Assembly: GCA_022842845.1 (NCBI GenBank) | Contig: JALHOT010000006.1 | Coordinates: 110,526-174,525 of the forward strand | DNA from: Cyclobacteriaceae bacterium | GTDB lineage: Bacteria; Bacteroidota; Bacteroidia; Cytophagales; Cyclobacteriaceae | Reading direction: 5' to 3' | Length of the DNA: 64,000 nt | Shown here: piece by piece, positions 10,429 to 19,518 of the stretch | Layout of the letters: each line of letters starts with the position of its first letter | Numbering within the stretch: position 1 is the first letter of the stretch | The notes under the pieces: generated by a model | Database searches by the model: none | Told to the model about the DNA's origin: nothing | What the model saw: the letters and a program-made list of their open reading frames with translations, nothing else | Position numbers and translations under genes: made by a program

Positions 10429-11190
10429 TTATTGGTTGCTGGTCAGCCAGCGCATGAAACGAGTAAAGAGTCCGACAGATTCTTGCTTCTGCTTTTTTGC
10501 TGGAGACTTTTTAGGCTCTTTTGCCACCTTTGTCTTTTCGGTTCGTGCAGGAACTTTCGCTTGCCTTGTTTTAAGATAGTTCTGTTTTCTAAGCTCCTTT
10601 CTTTTCTCCTCCTCTGCCTTTTTTCTCTCTTCCGCTTCGCGCAATTCTCTTTCTCTTGCTTCGGCTAAAGGATTGCGTTTAGGGCGTTCAGTTCTTTTCC
10701 TATCTATTGTCTTTCTCTCTCTACCTTTAGGCTTTTGCTCCGCGTTAGCATCCATTAATTCTGCAGCGTTAGCATCCGCAGTAACTTCTTCCTTCTTTTT
10801 CTTTTCAGGCAACTCTATTTTACCCAAAACTTTCAAACCACTTAGTTCAACCTTTGGAGCCCGAATGATGTCAGGGAGCTCTTGCGATTCTGTATCAGTT
10901 GATTCCGCTGATAGGCTCTCCGTTACTATTGGGTCAGGGAGAGAGGTCTCGGATACCACTACTTCCTCAATAGTAATTATTTCGTTTTGCGGCTCGTCAA
11001 CCTGTTCTGCTATAGCCTTCACCTCAGCTTCCAGCATAGTAGGCGCAAAATGATTTATAACTATGCTAACATGAGCATCTTCAATTTTAGTATTGGCATT
11101 GTCTTCAAGTACAACCGATTGTTCAGCCATAAAAGCTACAATGGCCGATGGCTTAATAGATAGTTTGCGTGCCAATTGAGCAAGTCTCAT
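10429..11190 (-). CDS. Hypothetical protein with an IF-2 N-terminal-like HTH and a charged low-complexity tail
   Basis: Starts MRLAQLARKLSIKPSAIVAFM, resembling IF2_N; contains LSGLKVLGKIELP as in Bacteroidota IF-2 N-terminal regions; no GTPase domain. Confidence 0.6.
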   Translation of the reverse strand: MRLAQLARKLSIKPSAIVAFMAEQSVVLEDNANTKIEDAHVSIVINHFAPTMLEAEVKAIAEQVDEPQNEIITIEEVVVSETSLPDPIVTESLSAESTDTESQELPDIIRAPKVELSGLKVLGKIELPEKKKKEEVTADANAAELMDANAEQKPKGRERKTIDRKRTERPKRNPLAEARERELREAEERKKAEEEKRKELRKQNYLKTRQAKVPARTEKTKVAKEPKKSPAKKQKQESVGLFTRFMRWLTSNQ

Positions 11191-11247
11191 ACAGAAAATG
11201 TTAAATCACCGGCAAATATATTGGCAATCAAGCGTTTAAAAAAGTGC

Positions 11248-11469
11248 CTACAAAAAGTGCGTGCGCAAAGTTTCATAGGCAAGCTCCACCTCCAAATGAA
11301 CAGGCGCGTCATTAATGCTTTGGTAATTCAACTCGACAATACTCCTGCGGGTATTTTGCGGGTCAGGATAAATACGCCCTATGCAAGCCTTGTTGATAAG
11401 CTCAGTCTTAGATTCTTCATCCTGCAAGACAGGCAGTTCTATAAAATTGCTCATAATTTTTGTCTCCAT
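11248..11469 (-). CDS. Small hypothetical protein
   Basis: 73-aa ORF overlapping the arfB stop, same strand, protein-like composition. Confidence 0.55.
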   Translation of the reverse strand: METKIMSNFIELPVLQDEESKTELINKACIGRIYPDPQNTRRSIVELNYQSINDAPVHLEVELAYETLRTHFL

Positions 11470-11849
11470 TTTTTCTTCTCGCCTTGCAGCTTTTTCTCCG
11501 AAAACCTCTTTTCCTTAGAGGATTTAGTTGGTTTGGTCTTCTTTCTAACTTTTGGTTTAGTAAAAGCCTTCTTTAAAAGCTGATCCAACTTTAGCATGGC
11601 AGCTTCTTTGTTAGCCAGCTGTGATCTGTGTTCCTGAACACTAATTAGTAATTCTCCGTCTGTGGTGAGCTTGGAGGCTAATTTTATCAAAAGGGTTTCA
11701 CGCTCGCTTTCAGACAATAACGCAGATTGCTTTATATCAAAACGCAGGGTAACCTTACTATTGACCTTGTTCACATTTTGCCCTCCCGGACCGCTACTTC
11801 TGGAAGTCAGGAACTGCAACTCAGGCAAAAGCTTGGAGGCCGTTAACAT
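11451..11849 (-). CDS. arfB: Alternative ribosome rescue aminoacyl-tRNA hydrolase ArfB
   Basis: SRSSGPGGQNVNKVNSKV GGQ motif, SQLANK motif, basic C-terminal tail. Confidence 0.92.
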   Translation of the reverse strand: MLTASKLLPELQFLTSRSSGPGGQNVNKVNSKVTLRFDIKQSALLSESERETLLIKLASKLTTDGELLISVQEHRSQLANKEAAMLKLDQLLKKAFTKPKVRKKTKPTKSSKEKRFSEKKLQGEKKKWRQKL

Positions 11850-11861
11850 GATAGTTAAAAA

Positions 11862-13616
11862 TTACTTTTTAACGACCGTGAACTCTACACGTCTGTTGTT
11901 GGCGCGACCCGCTTCTGACTCGTTCGTATCGATGGGTTTTGTTTCGCCATAACCATGAGCCGTTAATCGGTAGCTATCTATGCCCTGACTAATAATATAG
12001 TCAACCACAGACTGCGATCGACCTTGCGAAAGATTGAGGTTGTAGTCATCTGAGCCCTTGCTATCGGTATGACCTGATATCTCAATCTCCACCGTCTTGT
12101 TTTGTTTTAGAAAGTCAACCACTTTATTCAACTCCGTGAAAGACTCACTCTTCAAACTTGTTTTATCAAAATCGAAGTAAATGTTTTTCAAGCGGACAGT
12201 AAGTCCTACTTCAATTGGTGCCAGAAATAAATCTTTAAACAAGGGGGTGTTGTCTTCTGAGTCCGACACTACACTATCGACAGCATTCAGGTAGCCCTCT
12301 GCTTTGGCGGTGATCATGTAAGTACCGAGGCCAGGGAGTTCTTGCTCATACTTACCACCTTGCGCATTCGTCTTCATTGCCGATCCTCTTTTGGTCAAAG
12401 CTTGAATCTCGACTGACGTAGTAATAGGTTGTTCTGTTTTTTTATCAAACGTAGTACCGGTTACCAATAACTTCTTAGCAATAGGCGTTAGGTAAATATC
12501 TATGGTAATAGTGGTGTCGTTACCTAAGGCCGGTAATGTAAAGCTTTGTTCATTGGGCAAAAAATTATCAGCTGAAGTAGACACAGTATACTTATTCACT
12601 TCGGGTATACGTGTTTCATACTTACCATCAGTCTTGGTCTTCAATTTCTGCGAGCTTTCACCAGCCTTCACTTCTACAGTTGCCACTATTGGGGCATTGG
12701 TCTTTTGATTATAAACAGTGCCGTTAACAATCACCTTTACATCGCGGGGTAACAGTTTAAATAAATCAAGGTTACCGCCATCGATGGTTGAATTAGCCCG
12801 GCTGGTAAACACATTGCCCTGCTTATCCATACAGAAGTAAAGTTCTTCAGCTGCTGTATTAATGGCAGGCCCCATATTAACCGGAGGCGACCATTTTTGC
12901 CAGCTATTGTCTAATCGCTTGGTTTTATAAATATCTAGTTTGCCCCGTTTGCCTGGGGCGTTGCGATCGCTGGCGAAATACAAGGTTTCATCATCGGCCC
13001 CAAGAAAGGGACCACAGTCGTCATCCTTTACAGAAATATTGAGCTTCACTGGTTTCGTCCATTTACCATCAGCTTGCTGATTGCTTACATACAAACTGCT
13101 GCGTGTACTGGTAGGTATTTCACTGAAAAAAAGAATGATATGCTTTGCATCTGAGGAGATCGATGCACCGTAAAAACGTCCCTTGTTCATTTCTTCAAAA
13201 CCAGGTATCTCAATTTCTGAAAGAGCTCCACCCGCACTAACTATTGAAAATCCTTTTGAATCCTTTCTGCGACCACCTTTAATAAATAAAGATCCATCGG
13301 GCATTGTAGTAAAAACCTGGTTGCTGCGGTGTGCGTTAAAAGGAGCTCCAAGGTGTTGTGCTACGCCCCATTCACCTTTGTCGTTGAGTGTACTCACCCA
13401 AATATCGTCACTGCCTTCTTTGCCGTAATTATTCTCCGGATGGTTGTGAACGAAGAAATAAAGTTTGTCTCCATCCTGTGAAAGTATGGGGGCCGCTTCG
13501 TGGTAATGCGTGTTTACTTCTTTACTAAGCTTTACCAGTTCATAGCGCGCAGAAAACTGCTGGGCTAAAATGCTGGTGCTGATCAGTGAAAAGATAAATA
13601 AAACAAATACTCTCAT
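11862..13616 (-). CDS. OmpA-family protein with PD40 beta-propeller and carboxypeptidase-regulatory-like repeats
   Basis: C-terminal OmpA domain (NIYFDFDK...EISGHTD...NLNLSQGRSQSV...NRRVEF); PD40 repeats (APILSQDGDKLYF). Start moved to MRVF at 13616, which gives a signal peptide. Confidence 0.85.
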   Translation of the reverse strand: MRVFVLFIFSLISTSILAQQFSARYELVKLSKEVNTHYHEAAPILSQDGDKLYFFVHNHPENNYGKEGSDDIWVSTLNDKGEWGVAQHLGAPFNAHRSNQVFTTMPDGSLFIKGGRRKDSKGFSIVSAGGALSEIEIPGFEEMNKGRFYGASISSDAKHIILFFSEIPTSTRSSLYVSNQQADGKWTKPVKLNISVKDDDCGPFLGADDETLYFASDRNAPGKRGKLDIYKTKRLDNSWQKWSPPVNMGPAINTAAEELYFCMDKQGNVFTSRANSTIDGGNLDLFKLLPRDVKVIVNGTVYNQKTNAPIVATVEVKAGESSQKLKTKTDGKYETRIPEVNKYTVSTSADNFLPNEQSFTLPALGNDTTITIDIYLTPIAKKLLVTGTTFDKKTEQPITTSVEIQALTKRGSAMKTNAQGGKYEQELPGLGTYMITAKAEGYLNAVDSVVSDSEDNTPLFKDLFLAPIEVGLTVRLKNIYFDFDKTSLKSESFTELNKVVDFLKQNKTVEIEISGHTDSKGSDDYNLNLSQGRSQSVVDYIISQGIDSYRLTAHGYGETKPIDTNESEAGRANNRRVEFTVVKK

Positions 13617-13709
13617 GCTTTTAGGTTTGGGGTAAAACAAAAGTAATCTGGTTTTCACCAGATTACCAGGCCATAGAATTATCAAAACCGTTTGAACAAC
13701 GGTGTATCA

Positions 13710-14177
13710 TTAAAAGAAAAAGAACACTGTTCTTCCGCTTTGAAGAATGGTAGCAATAATCACTACCAAGGCAATGGTATTGAAAATAGCCAATCGCTTG
13801 TGCTTAGCCAGGCTTTCTTTCATACGCTTCGAAGTAGTTCTGGCCAGGGTAATTAATACAACAGCTATCAGCATACCTATCAGGTGCTCAACTGCCCAAT
13901 AGCGCAGATCCGCTTGCTTCATGGTGTTTTCATTAAACTGCACGTTAGGGCTCACAAAATACAAAATCAAGCCCAGTAAAAACTGTATGTGCGTGGTTAT
14001 CAAAAGCCCTAAACTTAAGGCATTGTCCAGTTGGCTGAATGGCTTGTTTCTTAGAAAATCCATAAAGGATCTAACAATAACCACCACCAGGAGTACTAAA
14101 ACAAGATAACGGAGACCAGAATGACCATGGAAAAGTCCTGTATACATAAGCAAAGGATTAAAAATCGAAATTAGCAT
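13710..14177 (-). CDS. Four-TM membrane protein (cytochrome b-like hypothetical)
   Basis: HSGLRYLVL, THIQFLLGLILY and WAVEHLIGM motifs with conserved-looking His residues. Confidence 0.65.
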   Translation of the reverse strand: MLISIFNPLLMYTGLFHGHSGLRYLVLVLLVVVIVRSFMDFLRNKPFSQLDNALSLGLLITTHIQFLLGLILYFVSPNVQFNENTMKQADLRYWAVEHLIGMLIAVVLITLARTTSKRMKESLAKHKRLAIFNTIALVVIIATILQSGRTVFFFF

Positions 14178-14203
14178 AGCTTTTCGAGACTTCCGAAAAA
14201 TCT

Positions 14204-14211
14204 TACTTTTG
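14204..14211 (+). promoter_or_regulatory. Bacteroidota housekeeping -7 promoter element (TAnnTTTG)
   Basis: TACTTTTG 12 nt upstream of the ion-channel ATG. Confidence 0.55.
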
Positions 14212-14223
14212 TTTAACTGATTT

Positions 14224-15186
14224 ATGAAGCGTCTCTACCTCATTTTGCTGCTTTTGAGCGGCTTTTTATCTGCTCTGGCTCAAGATGAAGCTTCGACAGA
14301 GGCACCTGACACTGTTAAGGCTGGTGCTTATATCATCAATATCCACGATATCAATTTCAGGGATAAAGAGTATACCATTCGATTTTGGTTGTGGATGCTA
14401 TATGACAATCCTTCCTTTGATTTCTCCACGCAAATAGATATTCCTAACGCTAAGGATATCGAAAAACCAGAACCTTTGATGGACCTGGTGGATGGACAAA
14501 CATGGCAGCTCATGAAAATGAAGTGCACCATGAAGCAGAATTGGAAAGTAGATGACTTCCCCTTCGACAAACAACACCTTACGGTGCATGTAGAGAATAC
14601 GGTCTATGATAATAATGCCCTTGTCTATGTGCTTGACCACGATGGAAGCGCTTACGACCGAGAATTGACCATAGATGGATGGAACATCAGTAAATTCGAA
14701 ATAACTACCTCTACCAACGAATACACGACAGTGTTTGGTGATCCTTCTTCGGATGCACTGCATTCAGAATATGCATCCTTTAACATTAATATGGATATTG
14801 AACGCGATGCCTGGGGCCTTTTCGCCAAAATATTCATCGGTATGTACATCGCATTTCTTATATCTATCATCAGTTTTTCTCTTAGACCTTCAGAACTAGA
14901 GCCGCGCTTTGGCTTACCCGTGGGTGGATTGTTTGCAGCTGTGGGTAATAAATACATCATTGATTCATTATTACCCGAGTCTACTAGTTTCACGCTGGTT
15001 GACACCCTGCACACCGTTACTTTTTTAGGCATTCTGGCCACCTTACTGGTATCGGCTTTGTCATTAAAATACTTCGACAACGAGCAATTTGACAAAAGTG
15101 CTAAGGCCAACCGCCTTGGCTCTCGGCTTGTTATCGGCCTCTATGTGATTATTAACCTGGTTTTAGTAGGCTTGGCCATCTATTGA
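14224..15186 (+). CDS. Prokaryotic pentameric ligand-gated ion channel (Cys-loop/Pro-loop superfamily)
   Basis: Signal peptide, beta-sandwich ECD with the Pro-loop motif DFPFDKQ, pre-M1 Arg (ERDAW), four TM helices and M2-M3 loop LP. Confidence 0.8.
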   Translation: MKRLYLILLLLSGFLSALAQDEASTEAPDTVKAGAYIINIHDINFRDKEYTIRFWLWMLYDNPSFDFSTQIDIPNAKDIEKPEPLMDLVDGQTWQLMKMKCTMKQNWKVDDFPFDKQHLTVHVENTVYDNNALVYVLDHDGSAYDRELTIDGWNISKFEITTSTNEYTTVFGDPSSDALHSEYASFNINMDIERDAWGLFAKIFIGMYIAFLISIISFSLRPSELEPRFGLPVGGLFAAVGNKYIIDSLLPESTSFTLVDTLHTVTFLGILATLLVSALSLKYFDNEQFDKSAKANRLGSRLVIGLYVIINLVLVGLAIY

Positions 15187-15223
15187 TAGCCATGCAACCT
15201 AACATGCATTCGGTTGAAATGCC

Positions 15224-15231
15224 TATTTTTG
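15224..15231 (+). promoter_or_regulatory. Bacteroidota -7 promoter element
   Basis: TATTTTTG 19 nt upstream of the cystathionine beta-synthase ATG. Confidence 0.55.
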
Positions 15232-15250
15232 CAGCTGATATCATTAATCT

Positions 15251-16624
15251 ATGAAAATTTATAATTCTATCGTTGAAACCATTGGCAATACCCCTATGGT
15301 TAAATTGAATAAGCTTGGCAAAGATCTGCCCGGAACTTTTTTAGCAAAGGTGGAGTATTTCAATCCTGGCAATTCAACGAAAGATCGCATGGCCCTTAAA
15401 ATGGTTGAGGATGCCGAAAAAGCGGGCATTTTGAAACCAGGTGGTACAATCATTGAAGGAACTTCAGGCAATACAGGTATGGGCCTGGCGCTGGCGGCCG
15501 TTGCTAAAGGTTACAAGTGCATCTTTACCATGGCTGACAAACAATCGCAGGAGAAGATTAATATTCTTCGGGCTGTGGGTGCAGAAGTGGTAGTGTGCCC
15601 TACCAATGTGGAGCCGGATGACCCGCGTTCATATTATTCGGTGGCACGAAAACTAAACAAAGAGATTCCCAACTCTATCTATCCTAATCAATACGATAAT
15701 CCCTCCAATGCACAGGCGCATTATGAGACGACTGGTCCGGAAATCTGGGATCAAACTGATGGAAGCCTTACGCATTACATTGCCAGCGTAGGTACTGGCG
15801 GATCAATGTGCGGCACAGCTCGTTACTTAAAAGAGAAGAATAAGAATATTGTAACAGTAGGGATTGATACCTATGGTTCCGTTTTCAAGAAATATAAAGA
15901 GACCGGCATTTTCGATGAAAATGAAATTTATCCGTACCTCACAGAAGGTTTCGGTGAAGATATATTGCCTAAGAACGTCAACTTTGATTTAATAGATACC
16001 TTCATTAAAGTAACGGATAAGGATGGTGCCCTTATGACGCGCAGACTGGCCAAAGAGGAAGGCCTTTTTGTGGGCTGGTCTTGCGGCTCGGTAATGCATG
16101 GTGCGCTGGAATATGCTAAAGAGCATATGAAGAAAGGTGACATCTATGTGTTGTTATTACCAGATCATGGAACACGCTACCTGGCCAAGGTATACAACGA
16201 TCAGTGGATGCGTGACCATGGATTCCTCGATTCACGCAGCTTTGGCACTGCCCGCGACATTATCAATTCTCGCAATGGTAAAAACAGCTTGCATACTGTT
16301 AGCAAAACAACTAAGGTGAGCGATGCTATTTTATTGATGAGCAGAGAGGGTATCGATCAGATTCCTGTAACAGAAAACGGTCAGTTTGTAGGAAGCGTCA
16401 GCTCAGCTGCTCTGCTGGAAAAAATCATCAGTGATGCCAACCTGCAGCAAAAGCAAGTAGGCGAAGTATTGGAAAAGTCAATGCAATTTATTGCCCCAGA
16501 TAGCACGCTGGATGTTTTGTCTTCCTTGTTGAATAAAGAAACTAAAGCAGTGCTTGTTCGCGATGAGTCTCAAAACGTACACATCATTACGCAACACGAT
16601 GTTCTGAAAGCTATTGCACAATAG
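15251..16624 (+). CDS. Cystathionine beta-synthase (PLP-dependent) with C-terminal CBS domains
   Basis: KVEYFNPGNSTKDR PLP lysine, EGTSGNTG, GTGGS phosphate loop, C-terminal CBS pair. Confidence 0.9.
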   Translation: MKIYNSIVETIGNTPMVKLNKLGKDLPGTFLAKVEYFNPGNSTKDRMALKMVEDAEKAGILKPGGTIIEGTSGNTGMGLALAAVAKGYKCIFTMADKQSQEKINILRAVGAEVVVCPTNVEPDDPRSYYSVARKLNKEIPNSIYPNQYDNPSNAQAHYETTGPEIWDQTDGSLTHYIASVGTGGSMCGTARYLKEKNKNIVTVGIDTYGSVFKKYKETGIFDENEIYPYLTEGFGEDILPKNVNFDLIDTFIKVTDKDGALMTRRLAKEEGLFVGWSCGSVMHGALEYAKEHMKKGDIYVLLLPDHGTRYLAKVYNDQWMRDHGFLDSRSFGTARDIINSRNGKNSLHTVSKTTKVSDAILLMSREGIDQIPVTENGQFVGSVSSAALLEKIISDANLQQKQVGEVLEKSMQFIAPDSTLDVLSSLLNKETKAVLVRDESQNVHIITQHDVLKAIAQ

Positions 16625-16636
16625 AGTGGGCACAGC

Positions 16637-18145
16637 ATGAGAGGGTGTTTGGTAGGGTTAGCATTTTGGGTAAGCAGCATGCAGCTGTATGCCCAAAATG
16701 CTCTGCCTGACAGTCTTGCGCTACAATTTGAAAGTGTTGTACATGACTCAGCTTTTATCAACAAGCTGAACTTGATGGCTTTTAATAAACTAAAGACAAG
16801 TCCTACAGCCGCACGAAGTATCAGCACTTATGCATTAACCGAAAGCAATAGCATTCATTACACCGCAGGGTATGCCAGGGCATTATCAATAACTGGAAGT
16901 ACCTATTGGTACGAAGGTGTATATGAGATAGCTCAAAATTATTACTTGGCAGCAGCAAGGCAGTATCAATCCATTAATGATAGCCTTGGCTTAGGCAAAA
17001 CGTACAACAACATTGGTGAGGTTTACAAAAAGCTGAAGCAGTATGACAAATCGCTGGAGTACCAACTGCTTGCTTTGCAAATCCTTAAAAATGAGCCCGA
17101 AAGCTTACGATTAAACTTGTATAATATTGCTGAGACCTATATCGGTTTGCAGCAATATGAAAAAGCGCAAGATTACTTAAATCGTGCGCTTGATCTGGCC
17201 AAACTGAGCAATGATAAGCGAGTGGTGGCCTACTGTTATTGGAGCTACGGGCTTATCAAAGCTGATAACGGAAAACTAACGGAAGCTATAGGCTTCTATC
17301 TTTTAAGTGAGCAAATCTGGAGTGAATTAGGTGAGAAAAGATCCCTCATTCAAACCCATCAGGATATAGCCCATGCCTACAGAGGTTTGGGTAATTATAT
17401 AAAAGCTGAAGAATACCTGGATAAGGCACAATCACAGATTGCAGATATAAAAGCCAGGGACCTGCAGGCCAGAAACTTCTTATACAAATTCAAGCTTGAT
17501 TCTAGTCAGCAAAATTTTGAGAAAGCTCTCTATAACCTATATCACTACAATCAACTGAGTGATAGTTTATACACCAGCAACAAAGCAGAGCAGATAAACA
17601 GATTACAAACCATCTATGAATCAGAAAACAGAGATCGTGAAAACGCGGTACTCAGAACAGAAACAACTTTGCGAAATGCTGAACTAAAATCACAAAGAGT
17701 TATTATTATTGGTGTCGGCACTGGCCTTTTTTTAAGCAGTATACTATTGGTATTAGTATTCATCCAAAGACAACGAATTCTTAAGGTTAATAAGTTACTC
17801 AACGATAAAAGTCAGGAAGTTCAAACTCAGGCAGAAAGCCTGTTAAAACTTAATAACGAATTGCAACAGCTCAATAAAAAATTAGAAAGCATTGTCGAGG
17901 AGAGAACATCTCAGATCAAAAACCAAAATCAACGGCTCGCAGAATATACTTTTATCAATGCTCATAAACTGCGAGCACCTGTTGCCAGCATACTTGGTTT
18001 GATCAACTTATTACCGACTGCTTCGGTAGAAGAGCGCATACAGATTTCAAAATTCCTCAAAAACTGTGGAGAGGATTTGGATACAATAATACGTGAACTT
18101 GGTAGAAACCTTGAAGGCGCTATCGTTGAAAAGGAAGATCGTTAA
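16637..18145 (+). CDS. TPR-repeat membrane sensor with a HisKA-like helix but no HATPase domain
   Basis: TPR repeats, one TM, coiled coil, H-box FINAHKLRAPVASILGL, then stop about 50 aa later. Confidence 0.75.
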   Translation: MRGCLVGLAFWVSSMQLYAQNALPDSLALQFESVVHDSAFINKLNLMAFNKLKTSPTAARSISTYALTESNSIHYTAGYARALSITGSTYWYEGVYEIAQNYYLAAARQYQSINDSLGLGKTYNNIGEVYKKLKQYDKSLEYQLLALQILKNEPESLRLNLYNIAETYIGLQQYEKAQDYLNRALDLAKLSNDKRVVAYCYWSYGLIKADNGKLTEAIGFYLLSEQIWSELGEKRSLIQTHQDIAHAYRGLGNYIKAEEYLDKAQSQIADIKARDLQARNFLYKFKLDSSQQNFEKALYNLYHYNQLSDSLYTSNKAEQINRLQTIYESENRDRENAVLRTETTLRNAELKSQRVIIIGVGTGLFLSSILLVLVFIQRQRILKVNKLLNDKSQEVQTQAESLLKLNNELQQLNKKLESIVEERTSQIKNQNQRLAEYTFINAHKLRAPVASILGLINLLPTASVEERIQISKFLKNCGEDLDTIIRELGRNLEGAIVEKEDR

Positions 18146-19413
18146 TCCTTTACAATTTCAATTTCAACCCTTACGTTTTCCTGGGCGCGAGCACTCAACT
18201 TATCGTGAATCGACTTTTTGCCACCCCAAGCCTTCACCTCACAACGCGAAGCATCGATGCCCTGGGAGATCAAATACGCTTGAATAGCTGAAGCCCTGGC
18301 ACCTGATAGTTCTTTCGCAGAACCCCAAGATTCTCTTGATCCGTTCAAAGAAAACAAATCATCTGTACCATCTCCCCAGTAGATAATCTTACCGGCATGA
18401 TTACCATTGGTATGCCCGTGCAGACGAATTGCGCACTTAGGATTCTCTTTCATCATTTCTACAAGTGCATTTACTTCAAACTTGGATTCTGGACGCATAA
18501 TAGCCGCATCTCTGAAATAAAACACATTGTATAAAATGGCGAAATCACCTTTCTTCAACCTGACTAGTTCAAAAGGCACGATAGTTCGTCCTTTCTCATC
18601 AATTCTAATAGCACTATCTCCAGGGTCGGCATTGAATTTAATATCACGCTGTGCTTTTCTATAGCCAGTAGCTTGAGCCACCAGGGTAACCATACCTGAC
18701 TTATTTTTTAGCTCAGTAACCTTTACTTGCATATTAGCTTCATACCCCTTCACTACGCGTGCTTTGTCGGGATCAACCACATCTACTTTGGCTTTAACAG
18801 GAACTTTGTCAGTAAATCGTACCACTTCAAATACAAAATTCTTGCCGGGTGCATCTTCATCATAATCACTTGCTAAAGGAAAAGGCTCTTGCGCTAGAGC
18901 AGGCACCTCAGCAACGGTTGCTTCAATAACCTCCACTACATCTGGCGTTGTTACAGGCATTGATTCCTCGGGCTTGCTTGGTACTTCCTTAGGCTGATCT
19001 TTGGCTACTATAGTCTGTATTTTTTGATTTGTCTCAGGATTGACATCGCGCAAAGAGGTAGTCTCTTCTTTGGCCCCTATGTCGCCATGGTATACCCAGG
19101 CATCTGACAATTCTGTTTCACTCCTCAGCCTCATGGCCTCGGAGCTAGCCACTGATCTGTCGGTGGTAGTCAAACAGTACACGTAGTAAAGATTCCGACT
19201 GGGGTTCATTTCATACTTGGCTGATATGTTCAGCTTTTTGGAAGCATGGTTAACGAACTTAACCGCATTGCGCTGTTTGGCAAAGGCGCCAATCACGACA
19301 TAATGAGGAATCGAATCCGGTGTCGATAAAGACCCAGAACGTGCAAAAAGATCTAAGCAGGAGAGCAAAAAAATCAGCATCAAAGCCCTGCAAAAAAATG
19401 GAGAAGGTTTCAT
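18142..19413 (-). CDS. OmpA-family protein with an N-terminal SPOR-like domain
   Basis: YVVIGAFAKQRNA (SPOR-like); C-terminal OmpA (NVFYFRDAA...LHGHTN...LSGARA...NVRVEIEI). Confidence 0.75.
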   Translation of the reverse strand: MKPSPFFCRALMLIFLLSCLDLFARSGSLSTPDSIPHYVVIGAFAKQRNAVKFVNHASKKLNISAKYEMNPSRNLYYVYCLTTTDRSVASSEAMRLRSETELSDAWVYHGDIGAKEETTSLRDVNPETNQKIQTIVAKDQPKEVPSKPEESMPVTTPDVVEVIEATVAEVPALAQEPFPLASDYDEDAPGKNFVFEVVRFTDKVPVKAKVDVVDPDKARVVKGYEANMQVKVTELKNKSGMVTLVAQATGYRKAQRDIKFNADPGDSAIRIDEKGRTIVPFELVRLKKGDFAILYNVFYFRDAAIMRPESKFEVNALVEMMKENPKCAIRLHGHTNGNHAGKIIYWGDGTDDLFSLNGSRESWGSAKELSGARASAIQAYLISQGIDASRCEVKAWGGKKSIHDKLSARAQENVRVEIEIVKD

Positions 19414-19518
19414 GAGCTTGTTTGTTTAAAGCCAAAACGTTAACCAACAGGAGTTGTTTATTATACGAATATAGTAAAGAATTAAATATGTACAACTAAA
19501 ATTCTATATTTCAAGTAC

